Positions 30,487 through 40,260 of a DNA stretch of 64,000 bases are shown one piece after another. Each line of letters opens with the position of its first letter. Within the stretch, counting starts at the first letter, position 1. This stretch comes from an uncultured Thermoplasmata archaeon. Lineage in GTDB: Archaea; Thermoplasmatota; Thermoplasmata; Halarchaeoplasmatales; Halarchaeoplasmataceae. Location: positions 48,200-112,199 of the forward strand of contig CAYWJQ010000003.1 of assembly GCA_964458595.1 (NCBI GenBank), written 5' to 3'. The notes beneath the pieces were generated by a model. That model saw only the letters and a program-made list of their open reading frames with translations. It was not told the origin of the DNA and searched no databases. The translations under genes were made by a program, and so were the position numbers.

Positions 30487-30967
30487 AGGATTCACATCCT
30501 TCTATCTCTCGTTTTCTTAACAGAAACACTCTAGACATAACTAATGACAAATTCGTTATGTAAGTGGAATCCGTTCCACACATCCTCGACCATGGGTCTA
30601 CGGATGTCATCCTCATTACGAGGTCTTTGACCGAAGTAAAAGATGGAATCGTTTATTCCATCGCAACTTCTTTTAGGAAAGTTCACTTTCCTAAGAGCGC
30701 AGGAAAATGCATTTTTCCTGCTTATCTACAGGAAAGCTTTAAGCTTTCCTTCGACCGTAGGAATTTAAAATTCCTATACCTCTCAGAAAATCAAAGATTT
30801 TCTAAGTAAATGAGAATTTCTTGAAGAAATTCTTATACCATCGGGAATGTAATTCCCGAAATGAGTCAAAGACGTAAAAAATTCAACAAAGGTTACGTCT
30901 TTGACTATACATCAACCTCTACGAACCCCGATAAAAAAGCATTTCAAAAATCAGTTTAGCGAACTGA
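30487..30967. repeat. Tandem array of about 13 hairpins/palindromes (possible structured ncRNA)
   Basis: Consecutive inverted repeats of 4-14 bp; eight share RGAA...TTCY stems at ~28-nt spacing. Confidence 0.85.
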
Positions 30968-30981
30968 CCGCTCAATTCCTT

Positions 30982-31488
30982 TCACCTGTACATGGGATAT
31001 TTTTTACGGAATTTACTTTTCAGTTTACTCTTCAACTCTTTATCTGCTTCTTCCTGTTCTTCTAGAGAATACTGGAAGGGCGTTCCTTGATTGAACGGGC
31101 CGACCATCACGTATTCCTTTTTTTCCGGTTTACCGGGTAAAGTGGGTTTTTTTCTCATCTGTTTCTCGAAGACTTTCTTCTTTTTATCTTTATCTTCAGA
31201 TTTAGATAGAGCCTTCACAAAGTTTTCCAATTCGCTCTTCTTGAAACGCCTGAAACCGAAATCTGGAAGTTTTTTCTCGAATTGGTCCTTCTCTACGTTT
31301 ATCTCAGTCCCCATCCCCAGAGGGTTCTGATTGTAGATAGAATTCATCTTGATGAAGTAACCTTTATCTTCGTTGATTATGTATATATCATAGAAGTCGT
31401 CTGATCTGTCGGTCCAGAAACTCCATCCTTTTGGATTTTCCTTGTAGTCTTCTCTGAAACTCTCCATTATGTCTTCTATATCTTCCAT
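30982..31488 (-). CDS. Hypothetical protein
   Basis: 168 aa ORF; from memory resembles an uncharacterised haloarchaeal family. Confidence 0.6.
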   Translation of the reverse strand: MEDIEDIMESFREDYKENPKGWSFWTDRSDDFYDIYIINEDKGYFIKMNSIYNQNPLGMGTEINVEKDQFEKKLPDFGFRRFKKSELENFVKALSKSEDKDKKKKVFEKQMRKKPTLPGKPEKKEYVMVGPFNQGTPFQYSLEEQEEADKELKSKLKSKFRKKYPMYR

Positions 31489-31583
31489 GCTTCTACACAC
31501 ATTCTAGGTAATGAAAATGTTTTTTATACTTTTCGATACTCTAAACGATCTACAGCTTCCATCTTGAATAGATCCAGAAATCT

Positions 31584-32081
31584 TCACATCAGAAATGAAT
31601 CTTTATTTTCACTCATATCTATGAAATTGTTGGCAGCCTCTTTAAGATCTTTCGAGGCACTCTGCTCGAATGCCATTATCTCTACTCTGACTCCTTTCGC
31701 TTGAAGATGATTCACGAGGTGGGTGAAGTCTCCGTCGCCAGTCACCAATACGACGACGTCCAATTTGTCCGCGATCTTAAGTGCGTCTATCGCTATCCCC
31801 ATATCCCAGTCCCCTTTTTTCGCGCCGCCGTAATATTCTTTCAGCGGTTTTTTCTTTACTTCGTAGCCAATCTCCTCCAAAATATCAAAAAAATTCTCCT
31901 CGTCGGGAGTTTCGGATTCTATAGCATAAGCGATCGCCCTGGTCACTTTCCTGTTTTGTTTTGCTTTTTTCAGCAGACCTTCGAAATCGACTTTATTGCT
32001 GTAAACATTTCTAGCTGAATAGTACATATTTTGAACGTCGACGAATATTCCTACTCTTTGGTCTTTGTATATTGATACCAT
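31584..32081 (-). CDS. NYN domain (LabA/DUF88) putative ribonuclease
   Basis: IFVDVQN, KGDWDMGIAID and LVTGDGDF acidic active-site motifs. Confidence 0.92.
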   Translation of the reverse strand: MVSIYKDQRVGIFVDVQNMYYSARNVYSNKVDFEGLLKKAKQNRKVTRAIAYAIESETPDEENFFDILEEIGYEVKKKPLKEYYGGAKKGDWDMGIAIDALKIADKLDVVVLVTGDGDFTHLVNHLQAKGVRVEIMAFEQSASKDLKEAANNFIDMSENKDSFLM

Positions 32082-32225
32082 ACTTTTTTCACCTAAATAT
32101 CCATCTTAATTGTATCAAAGAGACTCTCACTTGATTTAGTATTTTTGATTCATCTGTTTAGCTTAGTTTCCTCACGAAAGATTTAAACTTCCATTACTCT
32201 ATCTAAATGTCGATATGGGGATAAC

Positions 32226-32780
32226 ATGCTCTCTAGAGAAGAAGCGCTGGATATGATCGAGGAAAATATAGATACGGAAAACTTGAAGAATCACATGTTG
32301 GCCGTTGCCCAGATAATGAAAAGGCTGGCTGAAGAGCTCGACAAGGACGAAGAAAAATGGGAGATCTTGGGGCTCGTTCACGACATGGATTACGAGCAGA
32401 CTAAAGAAAAACCGGAAAAGCACGCTCTCAAATCTGCGGAGATGATGGAGGGAAAAGTTCCTGAAGATGTTTTGAGAGCGATCAAGGCTCATAATCATCA
32501 GCATACCGGTGTTGAACCAGAAAACGATATGGAGTACGCTATCCACGCCGCCGATGCAGTTTCGGGCCTTATAGTCGCTACAGCTTTGGTCATGCCTAAT
32601 AGTAAGTTGGAGGAGGCGAGACCTGAATCGGTGGAAAAGAAATTCGATGATTCCTCCTTCGCTAAAAATATAGATAGAGATAGAATACTTTACTGTGAAG
32701 AACTGGGAGTCGAAAGAGACGAATTTTTGGAACTTTCATTCGACGCCCTGAAAGAAATCGATGAAAAACTCGGATTGTAG
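32226..32780 (+). CDS. HD domain (HDIG) protein
   Basis: H..AV, GLVHDMD, AIKAH and AADAVSG motifs. Confidence 0.88.
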   Translation: MLSREEALDMIEENIDTENLKNHMLAVAQIMKRLAEELDKDEEKWEILGLVHDMDYEQTKEKPEKHALKSAEMMEGKVPEDVLRAIKAHNHQHTGVEPENDMEYAIHAADAVSGLIVATALVMPNSKLEEARPESVEKKFDDSSFAKNIDRDRILYCEELGVERDEFLELSFDALKEIDEKLGL

Positions 32781-32837
32781 ATAATCCTCGAACAAACAGT
32801 TAAATACAAAAAGCCTCGCATCTTTACTTTCTATAAG

Positions 32838-33341
32838 ATGGATCAAAAATTGGAACGTCCTTCTCAGGAAGAGCTCGAATCCTTGTATGAAGAATATGGC
32901 AAGCCAGAAGTTAAGGAAGAGGAGGTTCAATTAACGAGTTTAGAATACAAAGGAGATTATCCGGAATGTAAGGGAGAAGCCATAATCGAGATAATCGAAG
33001 ATGACAAGCTGGTCGGGGTCCGACATCAGAACGGAGAGGAATTCGTTCTTCCGATGGGCAGAGTATGGGAGTCGGAGGATTTTTCCGAGGGAGTAAAAAG
33101 AGAAGCCAAAGAGGAGACCGGGTTGGATATAGAATTAGAGTCACTAGAGGAGATCAGAAAGGTAAGATTCAGTTTCTCCAATGAGAAGTTAGAGAGATGG
33201 CAGCTTCTCTTCAGAGCGTACGTCCTTGAAGGAGATCTAAAACCTGAAGATGAAGAAGAGATAGCCGAAGCAAAACTCATCGACGGAGACTATTACTGGG
33301 AAAAAGGTTTTTACACATTAAGAAAAAATAAAAGGGAATGA
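32838..33341 (+). CDS. NUDIX hydrolase
   Basis: Nudix box G-x5-E-x7-REAKEETG. Confidence 0.85.
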   Translation: MDQKLERPSQEELESLYEEYGKPEVKEEEVQLTSLEYKGDYPECKGEAIIEIIEDDKLVGVRHQNGEEFVLPMGRVWESEDFSEGVKREAKEETGLDIELESLEEIRKVRFSFSNEKLERWQLLFRAYVLEGDLKPEDEEEIAEAKLIDGDYYWEKGFYTLRKNKRE

Positions 33342-33348
33342 TTTTTCG

Positions 33349-33909
33349 TCAATCTTCTTCATAACTGTTCAAATACGTGAATTCGTCCAAGTCGTTTCTT
33401 TCCGGTCTTTCTTTCTCTATCTCTTTTTGTTCGTCGGTCATCAGATCGTTCATCTCGTCGGAATGTTTTCCAACGTTTATCAACGTGATAAGAGTATACT
33501 CATCCGGTATGTTCAATATCTCTTTTGTCTCTTCTTCGTCAAAGCCGGCTATAGGATGAGCGACAAGGCCGAGTTCCGTAGCTCTCAGCTGCAGAAAGGC
33601 CGATGCCATCCCGGTATCGAAAAGATGATAAGACCTCTCTTTCACCTCGCAGTCGTCTTCGGTTTTGCTGAATACCGCTATTATCAGAGACGCCTTTTTT
33701 GTCCATTCGTTGGCCGGGCTCATCGCTTCTTGGATTTTTTCCAGCGTCTCATCGTCGTAGACAAATACAAAATTCCACGGTTGGTTATTGAAGCAGGACG
33801 GCGACAGCTGGGCATGTTCAGCCAGGTCTTCGATCAGATCTTCGTCTATATCGGTCTCTTCTAAAGATCTGTAAGCTCTCCTTTTTTGGATAGCTTCTTC
33901 CAATTCCAT
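33349..33909 (-). CDS. Nitroreductase family protein
   Basis: RRAYRS, SPSCFNNQPWNF, D.G.A motifs. Confidence 0.9.
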   Translation of the reverse strand: MELEEAIQKRRAYRSLEETDIDEDLIEDLAEHAQLSPSCFNNQPWNFVFVYDDETLEKIQEAMSPANEWTKKASLIIAVFSKTEDDCEVKERSYHLFDTGMASAFLQLRATELGLVAHPIAGFDEEETKEILNIPDEYTLITLINVGKHSDEMNDLMTDEQKEIEKERPERNDLDEFTYLNSYEED

Positions 33910-33915
33910 AATCAT

Positions 33916-34764
33916 TCACCTCCTATTTTCCAATATTTTTTCTATCCCTTCCGATCTTTTTTCTTCACTTATCTTATCCTCTACCGGATTCGTGTCTGGA
34001 TATACTCTCTCGTTGAACACTTCTTTTTCTTCCTGGTAGAGAACGCCGATCGGAAGTTTTTCTTCTTTCGTAGCCATCTCCATGGCTTCGAATCTCGTTT
34101 CTGCGGGTTCTTCTATCACTTCCACCATCTCGTTGTATTTTTGGTAGGTATCGTTGAAAGTGACGCACGGCTGTAAAACGTCGACCAAAGAAAAGCCCTC
34201 GTGTTCCACCGCTTCGACTATAAGATCGGTCAGATGCTGCATCTTTCCAGGATAACCTCTGCCGACGAAACTAGCGCCTGAAGAGAGCAGAACTAACAGC
34301 GGATTGATAGGCTCTTCGATACTACCTTTCGGCGTCGAAGGTCCTTCGAACCCCTTCTCGCTGGTGGGTGACATCTGTCCTGTGGTGAGCGCATAATTTC
34401 CGTTGTTGTGGACTATCATAGTTATATCAGAGTTTCTTTTGGCCGCGAAAATGAGATGAGATAAGCCTTCACCATAGGCATCTCCGTCGCCGCCGAAACC
34501 GATCACTTTAAGATCCGGATTGGCGAATACCATACCTTGGATGGTCGATATCTCTCTCCCATGTATTGAGTATAATCCACTTAGGTTGAGATAATCGTAT
34601 ATCTTCGCGTGACATCCTATACCCGCTGAGATCAGCAATTTTTCAGGTCCATAACCGTCCTCTTCCAGCTTTTCTACCGCATCTTTCATCGAATTCAATA
34701 TCCCAAAATTACCGCATCCGGGACACCAAGTGTTTTCTGCACCAGTTCCCAATTCTCTGCTCAT
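33916..34764 (-). CDS. 2-oxoacid:ferredoxin oxidoreductase beta subunit
   Basis: WCPGCG, GIGC, GGDGD, YALTTGQ. Confidence 0.93.
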   Translation of the reverse strand: MSRELGTGAENTWCPGCGNFGILNSMKDAVEKLEEDGYGPEKLLISAGIGCHAKIYDYLNLSGLYSIHGREISTIQGMVFANPDLKVIGFGGDGDAYGEGLSHLIFAAKRNSDITMIVHNNGNYALTTGQMSPTSEKGFEGPSTPKGSIEEPINPLLVLLSSGASFVGRGYPGKMQHLTDLIVEAVEHEGFSLVDVLQPCVTFNDTYQKYNEMVEVIEEPAETRFEAMEMATKEEKLPIGVLYQEEKEVFNERVYPDTNPVEDKISEEKRSEGIEKILENRR

Positions 34765-36431
34765 CTTATCGCCTCCTTTATCTTTTGAGCTAATTCTTTC
34801 GGCTCGAACGGTCTTCCATCGTATTTTCTTATGACCGTCTTGGGCATCACGCCGCTCTTCTCCCTGAGGAGTGAAGCGAACTGACCTGTAGAACTTTGTT
34901 CCACGACGATCACTTCTTCTCCTTTGTAATCTTCGAGTTCCCAGAACGGGAACGGTTTGAGATAGACTGGTTGAACTACCTTGGCGTTTATATCTCCCGC
35001 CTTCAGGGCCTCGCGCACGCTCATTGTCGTTGAGCCGTAAGTAAATATTATGGGTTCACCTTCACCGTATTCATTAACAGTGTTTTTATCTTTTAAACCA
35101 AGCATGAGCGTTTCGGTTTTTTCTCGTCTCTTGTCATGCATATCGGTGACCTCATCCGGATCTTCAGTAGTTATCCCTTTCTCGTCGTTCTCGTAACTGT
35201 TCCATTTGATCACGTCCTCCGAGGGAGGGAACTTCAGCGGTGAAACCCCGTCGTCGGTCTTTTTGTATCTCTTGTATTCACCTTCGTCCTTGAATTTTTT
35301 CGGTTCGGCCCAACCGACTTTTGAAGGATCAATTTCCGCCGTCATACTGCTTTCGGAGAGGTGTTTTTCCGTCAGGAATATACCCGGCGTCTGGTATTTC
35401 CAAGTTAGCTCTAACATCTCGCCGGAGAGGTAGAAGGCCTCTTCGATGCTGCCCGGGGAGGCCACGATGGATGGGAATTCTCCATGGCCCTGGTTGAGAG
35501 CGAATTCGAGATCACCCTGTTCCGTGTATGTGGGGACCCCGGTCGACGGCCCGGGCCGGGAAGCCAATACGAAAAGAACTGGAGATTCGGTCATCCCGGC
35601 GAGTGAGATGGTCTCTTCCATCAATGCCAATCCACCTCCACTAGTTCCTACCATCACTCTAGCGCCGGGCATCGTCGCTCCAACCGCCATATTGGCCACC
35701 GAGATCTCGTTTTCTGGGTGGATAGGCATCACTTGAAGCTGATCTTTCTGCCCGGCAAAGAAGTGGAGTATCGAGGAGGCCGGGGTCATCGGATACCCGA
35801 TATACATATCGAGTCCACCAGCTGAAGCTCCTAACGATAGGGACTCGTTCCCACTCAATATAGGAGATGATTTTTCACCTTCCTCTAGATCAAATCTTCT
35901 CTCTATCTTTTCGTCCGCTATATCATAGATCTCTTCCGCGAAAGAAAGGTTCTCTTCAACCCCTCTAGAATATTCTCTTTGGATGAATTCTTTAAGCTCT
36001 TCTTTCTCCATCCCGATCACGGACGCGAGAACGGCAACTCCCGCCACCCCTTTGATAAGGTCTGATTTAGAATAGTTGCTCGAAAGATCGTCGATGGGGA
36101 TCCCTATCCCTTCTCCTTCGTCGGTATCTCCCGAATTATAGACGATCAAACCTTGATCCGAAACATGACCTTTATGATTTCTATAACTTCTGTCATCCAG
36201 ATTTATCACGACATCGGCTTCCATATAGTGGCTGTATATATCGTCCTTAGAGCTGCTTACCACCGAAAAATTGTGCCCTCCACGGATAAGGCTTTGATAG
36301 TCGTCCATCTCGAAAGTTTCTCGACCCATATCGGAGAATAAATTCGCCGCTGCGTTTCCCGCTTTTTTCACACCTTCGCCTGCTTTTCCACCGATCAGAT
36401 ATGTAAATATATCATCATCCATTTTTTCCAC
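34761..36431 (-). CDS. 2-oxoacid:ferredoxin oxidoreductase alpha subunit (gamma-alpha fusion)
   Basis: GGKAGEGV, YPMTP, TSGGG, RPGPSTGVPT. Confidence 0.93.
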   Translation of the reverse strand: MEKMDDDIFTYLIGGKAGEGVKKAGNAAANLFSDMGRETFEMDDYQSLIRGGHNFSVVSSSKDDIYSHYMEADVVINLDDRSYRNHKGHVSDQGLIVYNSGDTDEGEGIGIPIDDLSSNYSKSDLIKGVAGVAVLASVIGMEKEELKEFIQREYSRGVEENLSFAEEIYDIADEKIERRFDLEEGEKSSPILSGNESLSLGASAGGLDMYIGYPMTPASSILHFFAGQKDQLQVMPIHPENEISVANMAVGATMPGARVMVGTSGGGLALMEETISLAGMTESPVLFVLASRPGPSTGVPTYTEQGDLEFALNQGHGEFPSIVASPGSIEEAFYLSGEMLELTWKYQTPGIFLTEKHLSESSMTAEIDPSKVGWAEPKKFKDEGEYKRYKKTDDGVSPLKFPPSEDVIKWNSYENDEKGITTEDPDEVTDMHDKRREKTETLMLGLKDKNTVNEYGEGEPIIFTYGSTTMSVREALKAGDINAKVVQPVYLKPFPFWELEDYKGEEVIVVEQSSTGQFASLLREKSGVMPKTVIRKYDGRPFEPKELAQKIKEAIR

Positions 36432-36525
36432 CTATTTTCAACCCAATATGATTATAAAGATCAAAGATAAAAATTAAGAGGTTTTTAAAATCGATAGTTC
36501 TTCCGTCTACCCTCTCTTCTCTTTT

Positions 36526-37056
36526 TCACTCTTCTCCTTCACCGGGTTTCACTGGAAATACGCTGCCTATCGGTCTTTGTCCGAGTTCCTTATCTAACAT
36601 CATAAGAGCTCGACCGTCTCCTTCGACCATCTCGAGTTTATCGACTATCTCTTCAGCCGATTCCTCTTCTTCTACCTGTTCATCTATGAACCACTGCAGC
36701 ATCTGGAGAGTCGCTCTGTCGTTCTTTTCGTCTGCGAGATCCGCGAGCTCGTTTATCCTCTCGGTGACATACTGCTCGTGTTCGTATGCGTCTTTGAACA
36801 CCTCGAGAGGAGAATCCCACTTGATCTTCGGTTTCTCTATCTCCTTCAGCTTGACCCGCCCTCCACGGCTATTCAAGTACTGGTAGAGTCTCATGGCGTG
36901 GTTGATCTCTTCTATGGTCTGCGAATGCATCCAGCTCTCGAAGCCGTCGAGACCTCGATCTCCAAAATCCGCTGCCATCGATAAGTAGATGTAAGCGGAG
37001 TAAAGTTCCGCATTGATCTGATCGTTTATCGCCTCTTCTATCTTTTCATCTATCAT
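36526..37056 (-). CDS. ftn: Ferritin
   Basis: QINAELYSAYIY, EE..HA, QWFIDEQVEEE ferroxidase motifs. Confidence 0.95.
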   Translation of the reverse strand: MIDEKIEEAINDQINAELYSAYIYLSMAADFGDRGLDGFESWMHSQTIEEINHAMRLYQYLNSRGGRVKLKEIEKPKIKWDSPLEVFKDAYEHEQYVTERINELADLADEKNDRATLQMLQWFIDEQVEEEESAEEIVDKLEMVEGDGRALMMLDKELGQRPIGSVFPVKPGEGEE

Positions 37057-37067
37057 AATTATCACCT

Positions 37068-37595
37068 TTATGCGGAAAACTCCTTGAATTTGTCACTATC
37101 CAGTCCGCAAACCGGACAGTTCTCTGGAGGTTCCCCCTCATGTGTGTAACCACACTTGGGACAGATATAAACGTCGTCGAGATCTATGTCTTCGTCTTTT
37201 TTCGCCGCCTCTTTTGCTTCACTGTACATCTCTCTGTGGATCTTTTCAGCCTCTAGGGCATAATTGATCGAGGTCTGAGCACCGTATTCCTCTTCAAGCT
37301 CAGCTATAGCGTGATATGCTGGATACATGCTCGTCACTTCGAAGTCTTCCCCGTCAATTCCGGTCTGAAGGTTGTCCTCTGTATCCCCTATATTGCCGAG
37401 TTCTTCATAGTGGTTGCCGGCGTGCACTCTTTCCGCATAGGCTATAGCTTTGAACAATCTAGCGATGTTCTCTTTGCCCTCTTCTTCGGCGACATCACTG
37501 AAATGCAGGTACCGCATGTGAGCCATAGACTCGCCTTCAAAAGCTTCTTCCAAAGATTTTTCCGTCATTTCTCCCATTTCGTCTTCTTCGCTCAT
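37068..37595 (-). CDS. rbr: Rubrerythrin
   Basis: AFEGES, AERVHA, EKIH, CPKCG...CPVCG. Confidence 0.93.
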   Translation of the reverse strand: MSEEDEMGEMTEKSLEEAFEGESMAHMRYLHFSDVAEEEGKENIARLFKAIAYAERVHAGNHYEELGNIGDTEDNLQTGIDGEDFEVTSMYPAYHAIAELEEEYGAQTSINYALEAEKIHREMYSEAKEAAKKDEDIDLDDVYICPKCGYTHEGEPPENCPVCGLDSDKFKEFSA

Positions 37596-37607
37596 ATTAT
37601 ACACCTC

Positions 37608-37985
37608 TTATTTTTTCCATAATCCATGTACGTTGCAGTATTCTCTTACAGAATCGATTTTATCTTTATCTATATTAAATTCAGCTTTCGGTTTATCATC
37701 TGGTTGAAGGAATTTTCTAAAAGCGCCCTCCTCTGTCAAAACCCCGATCCATTCGATATAATGATCTTCTTCCATCGGATGTTCTACGGATCCGACCATT
37801 ACTGAGACGCCGTCTTCTGTTTCGTTTACTACTGGAAGATGCTTTTCGTTTCCTTCTTCTTCCATCTTCTCTTCCAATAACTCCATAGGCTCACCGCAGC
37901 AAACTAGTTCACCCTTCCCTTCGTGAACGACTTCGACTATATTGCCACAAACATTACATCTATACACTTCCAATTTTTCCGTCAT
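37608..37985 (-). CDS. dfx: Desulfoferrodoxin (2Fe superoxide reductase)
   Basis: CNVCGN...CCG, EKHLP, HPM, HYIEWI, YCNVHGLW. Confidence 0.95.
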   Translation of the reverse strand: MTEKLEVYRCNVCGNIVEVVHEGKGELVCCGEPMELLEEKMEEEGNEKHLPVVNETEDGVSVMVGSVEHPMEEDHYIEWIGVLTEEGAFRKFLQPDDKPKAEFNIDKDKIDSVREYCNVHGLWKK

Positions 37986-38056
37986 TTCTACCACCTTGTC
38001 TTTTTCACCAATAATTAAGCACTTTCATATAAACTAAAAATTAAAAGAAAGGGTTT

Positions 38057-38722
38057 TTAGGACTCCTTATGACAGAGCCACCAGTCGTAACACTCGATCT
38101 TTCCGTCCTCTTCGTCTTTTTCTCTCTTATCGATCGTTTCAACGTCCCCTGCTGGTGGAAGGATTACATCATCTTCCATCAACTCGTTCTCTGGCCAGTT
38201 CGCAGGAATAGCGACTTCCTCTTCATCAGCCTTCTGGAATCCTTTGATCATCCTTAGGAATTCATCCATGTTCCTGCCTAGCTCAGCGGGATAGTAAAGG
38301 ATAGCTCTTATGGTCGACTCAGGATCGACCATGAAAACAGCTCTAACCGTTGCTGTTCCACCGGTATGATGTACGAGCCCTAATCTATTGGCAACTCTTC
38401 CTTGACCGTCGGCTATTATAGGGAATTCGATCTCTTCACCTAGATTGTCCTCGATCCATTCCGCCCATTTCAGGTGGCTGTGGACTTGGTCTATACTCAG
38501 TCCTATCAGCTCGGTGTTTAACTCTCTAAACTCATTGTACCTCTTCTGGAAAGCGTAGAATTCTGTTGTACATACTGGAGTAAAGTCGCCAGGATGTGAG
38601 AACAAGATGAACCACTTATCCTCGAATTCATCGGGCAGTTTTATTTCACCGTGCGTGGTCTGAACTGTCATCTCCGGGAACTTGTCTCCTATCAACGGCA
38701 TTCCTTCTTTTTCTTCTTCCAT
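38057..38722 (-). CDS. Peroxiredoxin (Prx6-type)
   Basis: [12 protein letters not shown]; C-terminal CYDWWLC. Confidence 0.94.
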   Translation of the reverse strand: MEEEKEGMPLIGDKFPEMTVQTTHGEIKLPDEFEDKWFILFSHPGDFTPVCTTEFYAFQKRYNEFRELNTELIGLSIDQVHSHLKWAEWIEDNLGEEIEFPIIADGQGRVANRLGLVHHTGGTATVRAVFMVDPESTIRAILYYPAELGRNMDEFLRMIKGFQKADEEEVAIPANWPENELMEDDVILPPAGDVETIDKREKDEEDGKIECYDWWLCHKES

Positions 38723-38737
38723 AATATCCTGCTCCTT

Positions 38738-39121
38738 TTATATCTCCAATTCTTTCTCGTTCGTCCACAATCCGTGGATATTACAATAGGAGTTCGCTAT
38801 GATCGTACCGGATTTTTCTGTCTTGAAAGTAGAAGTCACTTTCGGTTCGGTATATACCGTGCTGGTGTTCGGTCCTTCGGCGGATTCGCCGTGAGACGTG
38901 AACTCGTACTTTCCTAGCATGTACGGATACTCGCCGTCATCCGGTTTGAAGTACAGTTCGATCCAACGGATGTGATGTTCCGTCTCATTGGGATGCGAAA
39001 TCTCTTTCCCAACGGCGGCTTCCACTACGATCTCCTCACCCTTTTTGTTCATCTCTATGACTGGTACGTGCTTTTCCGTCTTCCAATCGTCGCTTTGATA
39101 CATTTCTTCCATTTTTCCCAT
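38738..39121 (-). CDS. Neelaredoxin-type (1Fe) superoxide reductase
   Basis: EKHVP, HPN..HHIRWI, YCNIHGLW. Confidence 0.92.
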   Translation of the reverse strand: MGKMEEMYQSDDWKTEKHVPVIEMNKKGEEIVVEAAVGKEISHPNETEHHIRWIELYFKPDDGEYPYMLGKYEFTSHGESAEGPNTSTVYTEPKVTSTFKTEKSGTIIANSYCNIHGLWTNEKELEI

Positions 39122-39138
39122 ACCTTTTCACCTCTTTA

Positions 39139-39546
39139 TCATTCTATATCTTTATCTTGAAAAAATTCTGAATATTTCATGTCTGTGCCTTTGATATGGT
39201 TTTTCAACCAATCTTTAAGAAAGTCCATCATCTCCATAGAAACGGTCATCTTTCCCTGGTGATGCTTTTCCCTGAATTCCTTCACCTTCTCAACGAAATT
39301 TTCATGCTGTTCTTCATGCTCGTCCATCTCTGGATAATCGTATTTTGACATGTATTTTTCTTCATCCCCGAAATGATAGGATGTATAGTCCTCGAGTCTC
39401 TGCAAGATGTCTTCCAATTTTTCCTTGCTTTTCCCCTCTTTCATCGCTCCGTGAAGATCGTTCAGGATCTCGACCATGTTCTTGTGCTGTTCATCGAATT
39501 TTTCTACATCTACGCTATAATCCTCGCTCCATTCGAACAGTGCCAT
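39139..39546 (-). CDS. Bacteriohemerythrin
   Basis: DEQH, HFGDEE, HEEQH, WLKNHI..D. Confidence 0.93.
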   Translation of the reverse strand: MALFEWSEDYSVDVEKFDEQHKNMVEILNDLHGAMKEGKSKEKLEDILQRLEDYTSYHFGDEEKYMSKYDYPEMDEHEEQHENFVEKVKEFREKHHQGKMTVSMEMMDFLKDWLKNHIKGTDMKYSEFFQDKDIE

Positions 39547-39584
39547 CTCATCACACCTCCTTTTCTATTTATTTTGATCTTCAT

Positions 39585-40058
39585 CTATTTTTTCAGTTCC
39601 GACGTTATCTCTTTGAAGTCGGGAACCTCTCCCATGGGATAGACCTTCGACCACATGATATTCTGGTCTTCATCAACCATCACGTTAGCTCTTTTAGAGA
39701 ATCCTTCATCCTCAATGAACAGACCGTATCTTTTTGCCACCTCACCGTGGGGCCAAAAGTCGGAAAGGATCCTCAGATTTTTCAAACCCAATTTTTCGGC
39801 CCATAATTTCTTACTGGGCACGGGGTCAACGCTTATCCCCACCGGAACGGTGTTCAATTCCTGGAATTTTCGGATGTTGCTCTCAAGAGCCTTCATCTGG
39901 TCGGCGCAAACGCTAGTTCCAGCCAGTGGATGAAAAGAAAGAAGTATCTTTGTTCTTTCTTCGTAATCACTGAGAGTGAATTCTTCACCATCCTGATCTT
40001 CTAGAGTGAAATCAGGTGCCTTTTCCCCAACTTCTAGTTCCTCTGGTATCTCCGGCAT
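39585..40058 (-). CDS. Peroxiredoxin (AhpE/BCP-like)
   Basis: APDFTL, PLAGTSVC, SDFWPHG. Confidence 0.88.
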   Translation of the reverse strand: MPEIPEELEVGEKAPDFTLEDQDGEEFTLSDYEERTKILLSFHPLAGTSVCADQMKALESNIRKFQELNTVPVGISVDPVPSKKLWAEKLGLKNLRILSDFWPHGEVAKRYGLFIEDEGFSKRANVMVDEDQNIMWSKVYPMGEVPDFKEITSELKK

Positions 40059-40070
40059 CCGATCCCCCCA

Positions 40071-40235
40071 TCAGTCCTCTATCTTTTCGAAATCTTCCTT
40101 GGGAGCTCCACAGACTGGACAAACCCAATCCTCTGGCAGCTCTTCAAATTTAGTTCCAGGTTCTATCCCGTTGCTTTCGTCGCCTTCTTCTTCGTCATAT
40201 ATATATCCGCAGACAGTACATCTCCATTTTGCCAT
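40071..40235 (-). CDS. Rubredoxin (54 aa)
   Basis: Manual translation [54 protein letters not shown]; below the ORF-track cutoff. Confidence 0.95.
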   Translation of the reverse strand: MAKWRCTVCGYIYDEEEGDESNGIEPGTKFEELPEDWVCPVCGAPKEDFEKIED

Positions 40236-40260
40236 ATTTATTCACCTCTTATATATCTCT

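Noticed and set aside
30428-30809. ORFs 30428-30616 and 30564-30809
   Set aside because: Non-acidic, no recognisable motifs, and they overlie the hairpin array; probably spurious
30640-30860. Hairpin array as a CRISPR array, TIGR array or replication origin
   Set aside because: No identical direct repeats, no C/D boxes or Nop-domain gene nearby, and no ORB consensus with a G-string
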